A DNA stretch of 64,000 nt, from assembly GCA_964016885.1 (NCBI GenBank), contig OZ024742.1:269266001-269330000 (forward strand), read 5' to 3'. The position numbers and the translations under genes were made by a program. The notes beneath the pieces were generated by a model. It was not told the DNA's origin. It did no database searches and saw only the letters and a program-made list of their open reading frames with translations. The first letter of the stretch is position 1, and each line of letters opens with the position of its first letter. This document shows positions 1-13,000 of the stretch, one piece after another. The DNA is from Eledone cirrhosa (taxonomy: Eukaryota).

Positions 1-2264
1 AAAGGCCTACAGAGACCAGATTAGCGAACTAGTTAAGCGGGCTCTGAAAAGAGCGATTAGAATAGAATCGATTAGGTTTAGTAAGGCTTTAGCAATAGAG
101 AAAAATAGAGCAGAGGGAGAACTAGTTAGCAAATTAGACGAGGCGCTTAGCAAAGGCATTGCGACCGACGTGCTTGCGGCGAAATTGGCCCTTGACCAAT
201 TCTTCAATGCAAAGCACGAAGGCTGCGTTGTCAGAGCTAGGGTGCGTGCTCTCAGACACAAGGGGAGGAAAAACGTTCAATGGGCCCGAGTGGCGGAGGC
301 GCGTCGTGGCAACAAAACCACGATCAGGTATTTAGTGGACCACGACGGGCGCATGCTACTCGATCCTGGGCAAATGTGTAAAGTTTTTCAGCGACACTTC
401 GCTCAGCTGTTCGGGGGCAGCGGTGGACCGGGTCGAGGGATGGAATTTAGTGTCTACCTCGACGGACTGCGGCGGCTCTCGGCCACTGAGGCGGAGTGTT
501 GCGAAAAGCCGATAACAGCCGCTGAGGTACAGGAGGCAATGACTGGCTGCACAAGGGGTAAATCGCCTGGTTTGGATGCTCTGCCTTATGATCTTTACGT
601 ACAGATGCCAGATTTGTTCGGAGGCCTCTTGGCGGACGTCTACTGTAACTGGCAACAGAACGGGAGAATTCCCAGCTATTTGAGCTGAGGAGCGGTGACA
701 CTGAAGCGGTGACACTGAGAATACGGAGCGGAGACAGGAGCAATGATCAGCCAGGGAAAGTCAGTGGGCCTGCAGCTCTGCACCTGGAGAAGCAGGTTCA
801 TGCCGTCCAACAGCGTCGTTGGACGCTGGACGGACGGACCGCTTAAATTGCTAGGGGTCTGGTTCGGTCCGGACCTCCAGACGGACAAAAACTGGGACGA
901 GGTGACGAGCAGGGTGGCTTCTCTCACCAAGAAATGGGCGGAGAGGAAGCTATCCCTGAAAGGTCGAGCGGAGGTGGCTAACGCGTAAAGCGTCTGTAAT
1001 CTGCTACCGCCTGACCGTCGTACCTTGTCCTAAGTCCCGCCTCACTGCACTGGAGTATTTTCTCTTTCGCTTTGTGTGGAAGGGACGCGCTCCGATGGTC
1101 AGGCGGTCCATCTGTTGTCAACACCCGCTACGTGGAGGGCTGATCAGCCCTGGCTGATGATGCGCAGACGCGCGCTCATGCTACGACATCTCCACCTCTT
1201 CCTCGACGGTGATCAGGTGTGGTCGCCGTTTGCTAGACACGTATTTACCCAGCTCGTTTCCTTGACGGAGCTGCAGTCCTGAGTCAAGCGAGGACCGAGA
1301 GGGAGCGCCTAGGGACTGGAATGTCTTCAGGCGCTCACAGCCCTCTACCAATCGGGCAATGTGATCGGTGGAAACTCCACCTCGGCGTTCTATAGAGGAT
1401 TAGTGGAGGGGAAGTGCGACCACGTACTTGGGGAAAGTATAGGCGTCGACGAAAAATCAACTAGCCAATCTCTTCGGAAGAACTTTCGGGCGGGCGCCTA
1501 TGGACAACTTCCAGAAATCTCTGGCCTGGCAGTGCTACCGAGGAGCTTTGCCAGTTCGGGATTAACTCTACAGGCATGGAGGTGCCGTCAGCCGGGCATG
1601 CCCGAGATGCGCGCAGGGCGACGAAACCGTCCTGCACGCACTCTTCCAGTGTCCGAAAATTGCTGACTTGTGGGTTTATGTCGAACACCTGCTGTCGCGT
1701 GTAGGACGGATCCGGCTATCATCTGAGTCCATCGTGATGATTGCCCCGCCCTCTTACTTTAGCCGGGAAGGACAGGTAGTTTTTATCTGTCTGGTGGCCA
1801 TGGCGAAATAGATAGTATGGTGGACACGTTTCAAAGGGCTGAAGACGAGCACTTACCTCTTCGGTGATGCCCTGATTGACTTTTTCAAATTTCATTTGAA
1901 AAGGAAAATCAGAGTAGAGAGGGAAGTGCTCTCTTCCCAGCATTTTGTTGAAAGATGGGTGAGAGAAGCAAGTATGGCCCGAGTGAATGGGCCTACTCTG
2001 AGTATGTATCTTTAAATTAAACGTGGAAACCTGGGAGAGGGCACTTGTCTTGGTGGTCAGGGTCACTGTGGCCTTTAACTGGGCTTACTCCACAAATGTC
2101 CCTCCGAAGTCTCCCCCTATCGGGGAATTTTTCTTTGTTATTTTTTTGTTACATCCTCTGTTTTTGTTTTTTACACGCAGAAATGTCCATTTGTACCGTC
2201 CTGTATTGTTCTGCACTGTCCTTAATGTCTACTTTATGTAAACCCTTGTGGTTAATAAAGAAAA

Positions 2265-2265
<1 letters not shown>
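1..2265 (+). mobile_element. Decayed Tx1/L1-clade LINE, 3' part (ORF2 remnant and 3' UTR); RT core deleted near 700
   Basis: ORF pieces KSPGLDALPYDLY, LKLLGVWFG, LSLKGRAEVAN and C-terminal CPRC..ETVLHALFQC; colinear with the copy at 48550-50800; AATAAA at ~2254 followed by (ATT)n. Confidence 0.85.

Positions 2266-2317
<52 letters not shown>
2266..2317. repeat. (ATT)n tract shared by the Tx1 3' end (+) and the Dong-like 3' end (-)
   Basis: Read directly from the sequence. Confidence 0.95.
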
Positions 2318-2318
<1 letters not shown>

Positions 2319-5300
2319 AGTTGCATTTATCTTGCTTTATGTTCATACGAGTTATCACCAAGTCACAACCAGCGACCTCAAGAGACAACAAGGTCCGCCA
2401 TGTTCAAGAAAGAACATACATATTCACACATGCATCTTTAGTGTTTAGACTTGTGTTGTATTTATATTGACAGAATCTTCCTTAGTATACGAGCAGTTCC
2501 CATTAGTACTATCTTTTGTATTTCTCCTATACGCGGGTTTCCTGGGATTTGCGATATGTAATCATTAGACCCCTTAGGTATCATTCCCAGAGCGCCTACA
2601 ATCACTGGTATTGATTTAGTTCTCAATTTCCACATTTTTCCAATTTCTATCTCCAGGTCCTTATACTTGCTCAATTTTTCAAATGTTTTTATAGATACAT
2701 TCATGTCTATTGGAACGGACATATTAATTAGCAGGCATAACCTCTTTTTAAAGTCCTTCAATATTATATCAGGTTTATTTGCATCTATTTTTCGGTCTGT
2801 CTGGATGCTAAAGTTCCACAAGATTGAGATGTGATCTTTTTCACGTATGGGAGGTGGCTGATGCTCCCACCAATTCTTTTGATGGGGCAGGTCAAAATGC
2901 TTACACGTTATCCAATGTATGTATTGTGCAGCTCTGTCATGCCTGTTTAGGTATTCTGTTGGAGCTATAGGACTGCACATTGAAATTATATGGTCAATGG
3001 TCTCTGGTTGTTTTTTGCATACACGGCATAATGGGCTGCACCCATTTTTTATTATGTTGGCTTGGTAATCTTTTGTTGGCAGACACTGATCTTGTGCCGA
3101 TATAATCAGTCCTTCAGTCTCCGATTTCAGTCCAGAGGATGCCAACCACTGATGGGTTAAAGTTTTGTCAACATCAGGATTGTTAGCTCGCTCTGGGTAT
3201 TTTCCATACAGAGGCTTTTCTTGCCATTTCTTAGCCAGATTCTGTAGCAGTTCTTTCTTTGCAGTTACTTTTACCTGCTTTGCTTTTTCTGTGTTTTCCA
3301 TTTCAGCAGTAAATGGGACTTCTGAAATTTGTAGTCCATTACTGTATCTTTGTGCATCTTTTGTAATGGAATATGATCTTTTGATGCTTTCGTGTTTCAA
3401 AACGAGTTTGATCATCCAATCATGTGATTCCCTTAGATATGTAGATAATCCAATTGTTGCAGTTTTCAACGCAATGTCTAACTGGATTAACCCACGTCCT
3501 CCTTCTTTCCTAGGGGGATATATTCTATATATATCTGCCTTAGGGTGATGCATTCTGTGCATGGTTAAGAATTTTCGAATGTTTGTATCGAGCCTACGAG
3601 TTGATGACATTGTAACTGTAGGTTACTACTGGTATGGCAAGCGTGTTTATGGAATCGATCCTATTCCTTGCATTCAATTCCGTTCTTAAGATTGCTCTTA
3701 CTCTGCGGTAACATTCCTTCCTTATCCTTTCCCTCATTGTCGAGTGCTTGATTCCGTCTCCTTCACAAACACCTAGATATTTGTAAGTTTTTTCTTGATC
3801 AAGTTCTCTTATCACGTTCCCACGATCAAGATTAATGTCTGAACTCTTCAGCAGCTTTCCTCTGGTGAACGTTGCTTTGGCGCATTTATCTAGTCCAAAC
3901 TCCATTTTAATGTCATCATTGAACTGCTCCAGAGTGGATGATAGCCCTTGCAATTGTTCATCATTTTTTGCAAATAGTTTCAGGTCATCCATGTAGAACA
4001 AGTGATTAATGGTTTTGTCATAGACATTATATCCATGTTTTGTTTCATTGAGCATTTTACCTAATGGTATAAGTGCGATGCAGAATAAATGCGGTGATAA
4101 AGAGTCAACCTGAAAAATTCCACAATTAATATTAACTTCTCCAGCTTCCAGTGATTTTTTTCACTATTCAAAAGTTGTGTCGTTTTCCATGTCTTCATAC
4201 TGAATGACAAAAACCGCCTGACAACGGGGGATATTTTGAAAATCTCTAAACATTTTTCAATCCTACTGTGTGGCAAACTATCGAATGCTTTTTTATAATC
4301 TATCCAAGCAATTGATACATTTTTGTGTCTATTATGACAATCTTCCAGTATCATTTTGTTAACCAAAAGCTGATCCTTACAGCCATATGACCCTCGTTTA
4401 CACCCTTTCTGCTCAATTGGAAATAGGTCATTTGTTATCAGGTGGTGTTATGTGTATTCAGTTAGGACTGATGTTAACATTTTATACATTGTGGTCAAGC
4501 AAGTTATCGGTCTGTAATTTTTGGGATTGTTTGTCTCATCATTCTTCGGAAGCAGGAATGTAATGCCGTTAACTAGCCATGATGGCATCTTTTCTGGCTC
4601 CTTAACTATTTCATTGTAAAGTTGGGCTAACAGCTCATGAGACTCTGTGAAGGCATTTATCCAAAAATTTTGTATTTTGTCTTTTCCTGGGGATTTCCAT
4701 TTGATGGTTTTTCTTAGAGCCAAGCGCAAATGTTCAACTGTTATATTTTCCCATATTTGTTCCTCAAGGTGAGCTGTATCTTTCATTTGGCTGTCTATCC
4801 ATGGGGCATGTATGTTATGAACTTTTTCTTCGGCCCAGATCTTTTCCCAGAATTCTTGCACTTCCTCCTTGGGTGGTATTGATTGAGCAGTTATTGTTGA
4901 CTTACTAATCTTTCTGTAGAAGTTTCTTTGGTTGTTTTTGAACATATTTTTATCCCTATATAATCTAGATCGTTTTTCAAAGCGCCTTATACGAGCAGCT
5001 TTGGCCGACACTTTTTTCTTGATTATTTCTATCAGCATGTCTATGTCACTTGTTGATTTTATACTGTACTTTCTTTTCGATGTTCTAAGTTTAGTTTGTT
5101 TAACATGTTCACCTACTTTATAGTTTGTTAAAATTTCTATGTCAGATCGGAAAAGGTTTATTTGGCGATTGATGTTCTCTTGCCAAGTATATTTCTTGTG
5201 GGAATTCCTTTGTTTTTTCATCTTCACTCCACATAAGTGAGTGGTGACTTTAGCCGATGCATAATAGAGATGATTTAAATCAGTGATGTTTAGTTTGTTT

Positions 5301-6260
5301 GTGATGATAATGTTTTTGAGAGTTATGTTAGTCTTCAATTATCTTTTGGTTCTGTTTGGAGTTCTGGATCTTAGGGAGGGTGTCTCGTTGCCCCATGTCA
5401 GATTCTTTTATTTTCATCCATTCGATCATAATTTCATCCTTCAAGTTGGCAAGTTCATTCTCATTCATTTCTTTATCATTTACGATCTCATTATTTTCAT
5501 TTGGAGTTTCATCTTGAGCATGCACTCCCTCCACTTTTTCGATCCTTTCTTTAATTTGTTCTGTTGCCAGTGATTCCGCCCCAACCCTGGGATTCGAAGT
5601 GTTACAATTTACCTCGTTTTCACTGACACATGTTTCATTTTCCCTTCGCTGACTTTGTGCTAATAGCTTGATCTGATCAATTTCTATATCAGTTAGTAAC
5701 TTTTTTTTTACAATATTTCTTCGTATATTGGCTAGTTTGTTACTGTCAATATAGCCTCTGTTTTCGGGATGTTTCTTTTTCCAGTTGATATATGTCTGTT
5801 CTGTATTCGATGTATTTGATGGGTAGTACATGGCAGTGTAGAAAGCCTCAAGGACTTCTTTATTATCTTCCCTTGACCATTTTTCTCTCTTTTTCTTTGG
5901 ATTTCTTGGTGGTGAGCATGGAGGGCCAACAGTAGGAGTATTCCGGTTATGGGAGGTCTCCAGCTCCGAAGTGATGGGAAGGTTTGAACTATTGGCTGAT
6001 TTTTCGACCCCAGTCTGGTTCCTCTCTGAGGCACGCGGCCCTTTTTTACCCGGGTGACGGCCGATCCGGTATGAGATTTTATCATTAGACATTTACTTTA
6101 TTTTGTCGCGTTTTATCCTAATCCGCCAAGGGGTAATCCTTTCGTGTTACCACTTCTAGAACGAGTGTCAACCAAGACTAGAGGGGTCGTTCTCCCCTAG
6201 AGACACGGCTATTCCCCGCCGGCCGCCATCCCGGTATTTCTTGGTCACGGGGTTTTCTTT
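2318..6260 (-). mobile_element. R4/Dong-like RLE non-LTR retrotransposon, family A, near full length
   Basis: Single disrupted ORF with RT followed by a CCHC and restriction-like endonuclease; 3' end abuts a TAA repeat; ~170-nt GC-rich 5' leader. Confidence 0.88.
2462..6092 (-). pseudogene. Disrupted RT-RLE ORF of Dong-like family A
   Basis: WKSPGKD, KNYRPITCL, WIDYKKAFDS, LFYMDDLKLF, YKYLG, GGRGL, CRVC..ETIDHI..C, RHD and NKPDI spread over several frames. Confidence 0.88.
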
Positions 6261-6340
6261 TTTGTTGTTTTTTTAAATTGTTATTATCATGAGTGGTTCC
6301 TTAATGTGAGCATTGCGTGGGTTAAGAATGAAATTATTAA

Positions 6341-6389
6341 TAATTGTATCCACTCCAGGCACAAGGCCAGCATTTACCCAGTGCATTAC
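6341..6389 (-). mobile_element. 3' fragment of SINE family 1
   Basis: ggcacaaggccagca..acccagtgcattac matches the 3' end of the full copies. Confidence 0.6.
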
Positions 6390-6553
6390 AATAATATAAT
6401 ATACTTTTTGCTGAAGTTGCCTGTTATTGTTGTTGGCTATGTCGGTGGTGGTGCTGGGGCTTTTTATATTGTTGGTGAGGAAGGGGGAGCCAGCAGTGCC
6501 ACAGTTGTTGCGTTTGGCCGGTGGCCGGGACACTAAGTCAATCTATTTATATA

Positions 6554-6556
<3 letters not shown>

Positions 6557-6642
<86 letters not shown>

Positions 6643-6652
6643 GTTGTTGTTA
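6557..6652. repeat. (ATT)n microsatellite, tail/target of Dong family B
   Basis: Read directly from the sequence. Confidence 0.95.
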
Positions 6653-9295
6653 TTCCTTGAATCTCAGTCATTGATGTTGGTTAACTGGAAAGTCCGTTGG
6701 AATGAATATCAATCCACTACCTGCAGCCTCAGATATTCAGGACGTATCGGAGGGTTCTTGCTGTTCCAAGCAAGCATGCCTTTTGAAGCGTTCCAAAAAG
6801 CGTGACAGGGCCGATTTTCTTTAACCATCCCTGGAAACTTTTGGAGATAGTCCCCAGTGCGCCTATGACAATCGGGATCACTTTGACTTCATGGCAGTTC
6901 CAAATCCTTTTCAGCTCCCACTTTAGGTCCTGGTATCGGTTAATTTTCTCCCTCTCCTTCTCTTGCACTCTTGTGTCGAATGGGCAGGCCACATCCACAA
7001 TCAGACACGATCTTTTTTCTTTGTCCACAACCACCAGGTCAGGTCTATTGTGTTCCAGTTTTTTGTCCGTCTGTATCCTAAAATCCCACAGCACCTTCAC
7101 CTGATTGTTCTCCATCACCGCCTCTGGCCTATGCTCATACCATTTCTCAGAGTGTGGTAAATTGTTTACTTTGCACAGGTGCCAGTGGATCACCCTGCCC
7201 ATCACATCGTGTCTCCAGCCCTTATAGTGGGTCTGGGCTAGGTGTTTACACTCGGACACAATGTGAGCCACAGTCTCCTCTCTCTCTCCACAGATCCTGC
7301 ACAGTGGGCTAGCCTCCTCCTTGTAAATATGGTGCTTCAACCACTTCGTTTTGAGGGCCTGCTCCTGCGCAGCCATTAGCATTCCTTCTGTAGCCTTTTT
7401 GAGGTCTCCTCTTCTCAACCAGTTCCATGTCTGTGGATCTCTAAATTCAGTTTTCTCAAAGAAGGTACCATGAAGGGATTTTCCCATAAGGCTGCTCTTC
7501 CTCCTTGATGTTATTTCCTCCTTGGACATCCCCTGGCCTACTGTCCCCTCCTTCAGTACAGTTCTGAGCATTGGCTCCTTTCTATAGGTCACATATTTGT
7601 ATAGGTTGTTTTTCTCCATCTGAACACAGTCCTCTATGCTGATAAGACCTCTTCCACCCTCAGATCTCCTTAGGTAGAGTCTATCGACATCACTCCTCTT
7701 GTGGAACATGTTGTAGATAGTCAATAGCTTCCTAGTCTTCCTATCCATTTCTTTTTGTTTAGCAACATTCCATCTCAGAATTCCCGCACTGTACCTAATA
7801 ATAGACACAGCTCGGGAATTTACTGCGCTTATGGCATTTCTGCTGTTCAGATGTGACTTCAATACGCTCCTTATTCTCCGAATGTATTCAGTTCTTAACA
7901 ATTCCTTCATTTTTTTGTTATGCCATCAGCCTCCAGAACGCCCAAATACTTGTATCCTTCCTCAGAGTCAATTTCCTTTATCATCTCACCTGTTGGTATA
8001 TGGATCCCGTTACTTCTGCTCAACCTACCCCTCTTCATCACAATGACTCCACATTTACTAATACCAAACTGCATACATATATCACTGCTGAAAATACGGA
8101 CAGTGTCAACAAGCACATCCAACTCCTTCTCACTTTTCCCGAAGAGCTTAAGATCGTCCATGAAGAGGAGGTGATTGATGGTAAGCTCTCCCTTTCCCAA
8201 CTTGTATCCTGCTCTCACTTTTCGCAGCATAATGGTCAAGGGCATCAGGGCAAGGACAAACAACAGAGGGGACAGGCTATATCCCTGGAAGATACCTCTC
8301 TTGATCTTCACGCTTCCCAAGGAAACTCCAGTTGATGTCAACTCTGTCTCCCAGGACCCCATACTCCTGCCCAACAACTGTCTGATGTTATCTGCCACCC
8401 TGAAGATCTCCAGGCTTTTGGTGATCCAAGAATGAGGCACCATGTCAAATGCCTTTCTGTAGTCTATCCATCCCATGGCAAGATCAGTGTGTCTCCTCCT
8501 GCAATTCCCCATTACCATCTTATCAATAAGTAACTGGTCCTTTGTACCACGTGACTTCTTTCGGCATCCTTTCTGTTCGTCCGGTAACAAGTTGTTTGTG
8601 TGGAGGTGATGGTAGATTTCCTCAGACACAATGCTCGTCAACAGTTTCCACATTACGGACAGACATGTGATAGGTCTATAGTTGGTAACATCATTACCCT
8701 TGATTCGGTCTTTCATTATCAGAACTGTGGTACCTTTTGTCAACCACTCTGGCACCTCACCCGACAACAAGCAGTCATTGAACATGGCCGTCAGCTTCGT
8801 GTGGAGGGATGTTAAGTTTTTAATCCAATACCCCTGCACACCATCTGGGCCTGGTGATTTCCAGTTGGTTAGTTTTTTGGCCTGCCCCTTAAGAGTTTCA
8901 ACTGTGATACTCAAATCAGTTTGTTGGTGTGCCTGCTCACCGATCTCCCTCTGTACTGTCTCAATCCACCCTGCCTGGACATTATGTCTAACATCCTGCT
9001 CCCATATTCCTCTCCAGAATGTTTTAGTTTGCTCCGCCCCAGGGATCAAGTCGTTGCCTCTTTCTTTCCCTTCAAGCTGTCCAAACAGCATCTTCTGGTT
9101 GTTGTCGAACATGCGGTTCTGTTTATACTGACTGACTCTGTTCTCGTATCGCCTGATTTTTGCACTCTTTGCTACAATGCGTTGCTTCAGTTCCTCTATG
9201 ATAATATTTAGCTTTTTCCTCCTAGTTTTGTACTTTATTTCCAGTCTATTTTTAGTGCCTATTATTATTATTTCCAGTCTATTTTTAGTGCCTAT
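6653..9295 (-). mobile_element. R4/Dong-like family B, 5'-truncated copy with one frameshift near 7910
   Basis: Near-identical to 10057-12670; LLFMDD RT motif, CRIC..HIVSEC, HNRPDLVV; ATT tracts on both sides. Confidence 0.92.
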
Positions 9296-9299
9296 TATA

Positions 9300-9392
<93 letters not shown>

Positions 9393-9402
9393 GTTATTGT
9401 TA
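9296..9402. repeat. (ATT)n spacer between tandem Dong B copies
   Basis: Read directly from the sequence. Confidence 0.95.
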
Positions 9403-10010
9403 TTCCTTGAATCTCAGTCATTGATGTTGGTCAACTGGAAAGTCCGTTGGATTGAATATCAAGCCACTACCTGCAGCCTCAGATATTCAGGACGTATCGG
9501 AGGGTTCTTGCCGTTCCAAGCAAGCATGCCTTTTGAAGCGTTCCAAAAAGCGTGAAGGGGCCGATTTTCTTTAACCATCCCTGGAAACCTTTGGAGATAG
9601 TCCCCAGTGCGCCTATGACAATCGGGATCACTTTGACTTCATGGCAGTTCCAAATCCTTTTCACCTCCCACTTTAGGTCCTGGTATCGGTTAATTTTCTC
9701 CCTCTCCTTCTCTTGCACTCTCGTGTCGAACGGGCAGGCCACATCCACAATCAGGCACGATCTTTTTTCTTTGTCCACAACCACCAGGTCAGGTCTATTG
9801 TGTTCCAGTTTTTTGTCCGTCTGTATCCTAAAATCCCACAGCACCTTCACCTGACTGTTCTCCATCAACGCCTCTGGCCTATGCTCATACCATTTCTCAG
9901 AATGTGGTAGATTGTTTACTTTGCACAGGTGCCAGTGGATCACCCTGCCCATCACATCGTGTCTCCAGCCCTTATAGTGGGTCTGGGCTAGGTGTTTACA
10001 CTCGGACACA

Positions 10011-10011
<1 letters not shown>
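9403..10011 (-). mobile_element. R4/Dong-like family B, ~610-bp 5'-truncated copy
   Basis: Near-identical to the 3' ends of both neighbours; ATT tracts on both sides. Confidence 0.92.
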
Positions 10012-10046
<35 letters not shown>

Positions 10047-10056
10047 GTTATTGTTA

Positions 10057-13000
10057 TTCCTTGAATCTCAGTCATTGATGTTGGTTAACTGGAAATTCCG
10101 TTGGATTGAATATCAAGCCACTACCTGCAGCCTCAGATATTCAGGACGTATCGGAGGGTTCTTGCTGTTCCAAGCAAGCATGCCTTTTGAAGCGTTCCAA
10201 AAAGCGTGAAGGGGCCGATTTTCTTTAACCATCCCTGGAAACCTTTGGAGATAGTCCCCAGTGCGCCTATGACAATCGGGATCACTTTGACTTCATGGCA
10301 GTTCCAAATCCTTTTCACCTCCCACTTTAGGTCCTGGTATCGGTTAATTTTCTCCCTCTCCTTCTCTTGCACTCTCGTGTCGAACGGGCAGGCCACATCC
10401 ACAATCAGGCACGATCTTTTTTCTTTGTCCACAACCACCAGGTCAGGTCTATTGTGTTCCAGTTTTTTGTCCGTCTGTATCCTAAAATCCCACAGCACCT
10501 TCACCTGACTGTTCTCCATCACCGCCTCTGGCCTATGCTCATACCATTTCTCAGAGTGTGGTAGATTATTTACTTTGCACAGGTGCCAGTGGATCACCCT
10601 GCCCATCACATCGTGTCTCCAGCCCTTATAGTGGGTCTGGGCTAGGTGTTTACACTCGGACACAATGTGAGCCACAGTCTCCTCTCTCTCTCCACAGATC
10701 CTGCACAGTGGGCTAGCCTCGTCCTTGTAGATATGGTGCTTCAACCACTTCGTTTTGAGGGCCTGCTCCTGCGCAGCCATTAGCATTCCTTCTGTAGCCT
10801 TTTTGAGGTCTCCTCTTCTCAACCAGTTCCATGTCTGTGGATCTCTAAATTCAGTTATCTCAAAGAAGGTACCATGAAGGGATTTTCCCTTAAGGCTGCT
10901 CTTCCTCCTTGATGTTATTTCCTCCTTGGATATCCCCTGGCCTACTGTCCCCTCCTTCAGTACAGTTCTGAGCATTGGCTCCTTACTATAGGTCACGTAT
11001 TTGTATAGGTTGTTTTTCTCCATCTGAACACAGTCCTCTATGCTGATAAGACCTCTTCCACCCTCAGATTTCCTTAGGTAGAGTCTATCGACATCACTCC
11101 TCTTGTTGAACATGTTGTAGATAGTCAATATCTTCCTAGTCTTCCTATCCATTTCTTTTTGTTCAGCAACATTCCATCTCAGAATTCCCGCACTGTACCT
11201 AATAATAGACACAGCTCGGGAATTTACTGCGCTTATGGCATTTCTGCTGTTCAGATGTGACTTCAATACGCTCCTTACTCTCCGAGTGCATTCAGTTCTT
11301 AACAATTCCTTCATTTTTTTGTTCTTTATGCCATCAGCCTCCAGAACGCCCAAATACTTGTATCCTTCCTCAGAGTCAATTTCCTTTATCATCTCACCTG
11401 TTGGTATCTGGATCCCGTTACTTCTGCTCAACCTACCCCTCCTCATCACAATGACTCCACATTTACCAATACCAAACTGCATACATATATCACTGCTGAA
11501 AATACGGACATTGTCAACAAGCACATCCAACTCCTTCTCACTTTTCCCGAAGAGCTTAAGATCGTCCATGCAGAGGAGGTGATTGATGGTAAGCTCTCCC
11601 CTTCCCAACTTGTATCCTGCTCTCACTTTTCGCAGCATAATGGTCAAGGGCATCAGGGCAAGGACAAACAACAGAGGGGACAGGCTATCTCCCTGGAAGA
11701 TACCTCTCTTGATCTTCACGCTTCCCAAGGATACTCCAGTTGATGTCAACTCTGTCTCCCAGGACCCCATACTCCTGTCCAGCAACTGTCTGATGTTATC
11801 TGCCACCCCGAAGATCTCCAGGCTTTTGGTGATCCAGGAATGAGGCACCATGTCAAATGCCTTTCTGTAGTCTATCCATCCCATGGCAAGATCAGTGTGT
11901 CTCCTCCTGCAATTCCCCATTACCATCTTATCAATAAGCAACTGGTCCTTTGTACCACGTGACTTCTTTCGGCATCCTTTCTGTTCGTCCGGTAACAAGT
12001 TGTTTGTGTGGAGGTGATGGTAGATTTCCTCAGACACAATGCTCGTCAACAGTTTCCACATTACGGGCAGACATGTGATAGGTCTATAGTTGGTAACATC
12101 ATTACCCTTGATTCGGTCTTTCATTATCAGAACTGTGGTACCTTTTGTCAACCACTCTGGCACCTCACCCGACACCAAGCAGTCATTGAACATGGCCGTC
12201 AGCTTCGGGTGGAGGGATGTTAAATGTTTAATCCAATACCCCTGCACACCATCTGGGCCTGGTGATTTCCATTTGGTTAGTTTTTTGGCTTGCCCCTTAA
12301 GAGTTTCAACTGTGATACTCAAATCAGTCTGTTGTTGTGCCTGCTCACCGATCTCCCTCTGTACTGTCTCAATCCACCCTGCCTGGGCATTGTGTCTAAC
12401 ATCCTGCTCCCATATTCCTCTCCAGAGTGTTTTAGCTTGTTCCGCCCCAGGGATCAAGTCGTTGCCTCTTTCTTTCCCCTCAAGCTGTCCAAACAGCATC
12501 TTCTGGTTGTTGTCGAACATGCGGTTCTGTTTATACTGACTGACTCTGTTCTCGTATCGCCTGATTTTGGCACTCTTTGCTACAATGCGTTGCTTTAATT
12601 CCTCTATGATAATATTTAGCTTTTTACTCCTAGTTTTGTATTTTATTTCCAGTCTATTTTTAGTGCCTATGTTTTTTAGTGTCCCATTCAGTAGTGACTC
12701 AAGCTTTCCTATGTCATTTCTCATTTCCCCGATTTGCCCACTCAGTCGCTTCTTCCACCACGGCTCTGCTCTTTCTTGTCTGTTGTTTCCTCTCGCTTTT
12801 ATACCAAGTAGTTTCCTCACCGTATTTGCTGTTGCTTTGAGTATATTGTTGCACTGGTGAAGACTCCTCGCCTCAAGGTATGGGATGACTTTGTTTACCT
12901 TAGCTGTTGTTTCTTTTAACTTTTTCCTGTCTACAAATCTTAGGTTCATAGGTCTCCCACTATCATTGTTCAACTCATCTACCACTAAATTTAGGATGTC

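Noticed and set aside
7907-10075. ORFs starting MTEIQGITITIIII fused to RT or RLE sequence
   Set aside because: They arise from an ATG in the neighbour's 3' UTR reading through the AAT tract into a truncated copy; there is no evidence of a real protein.
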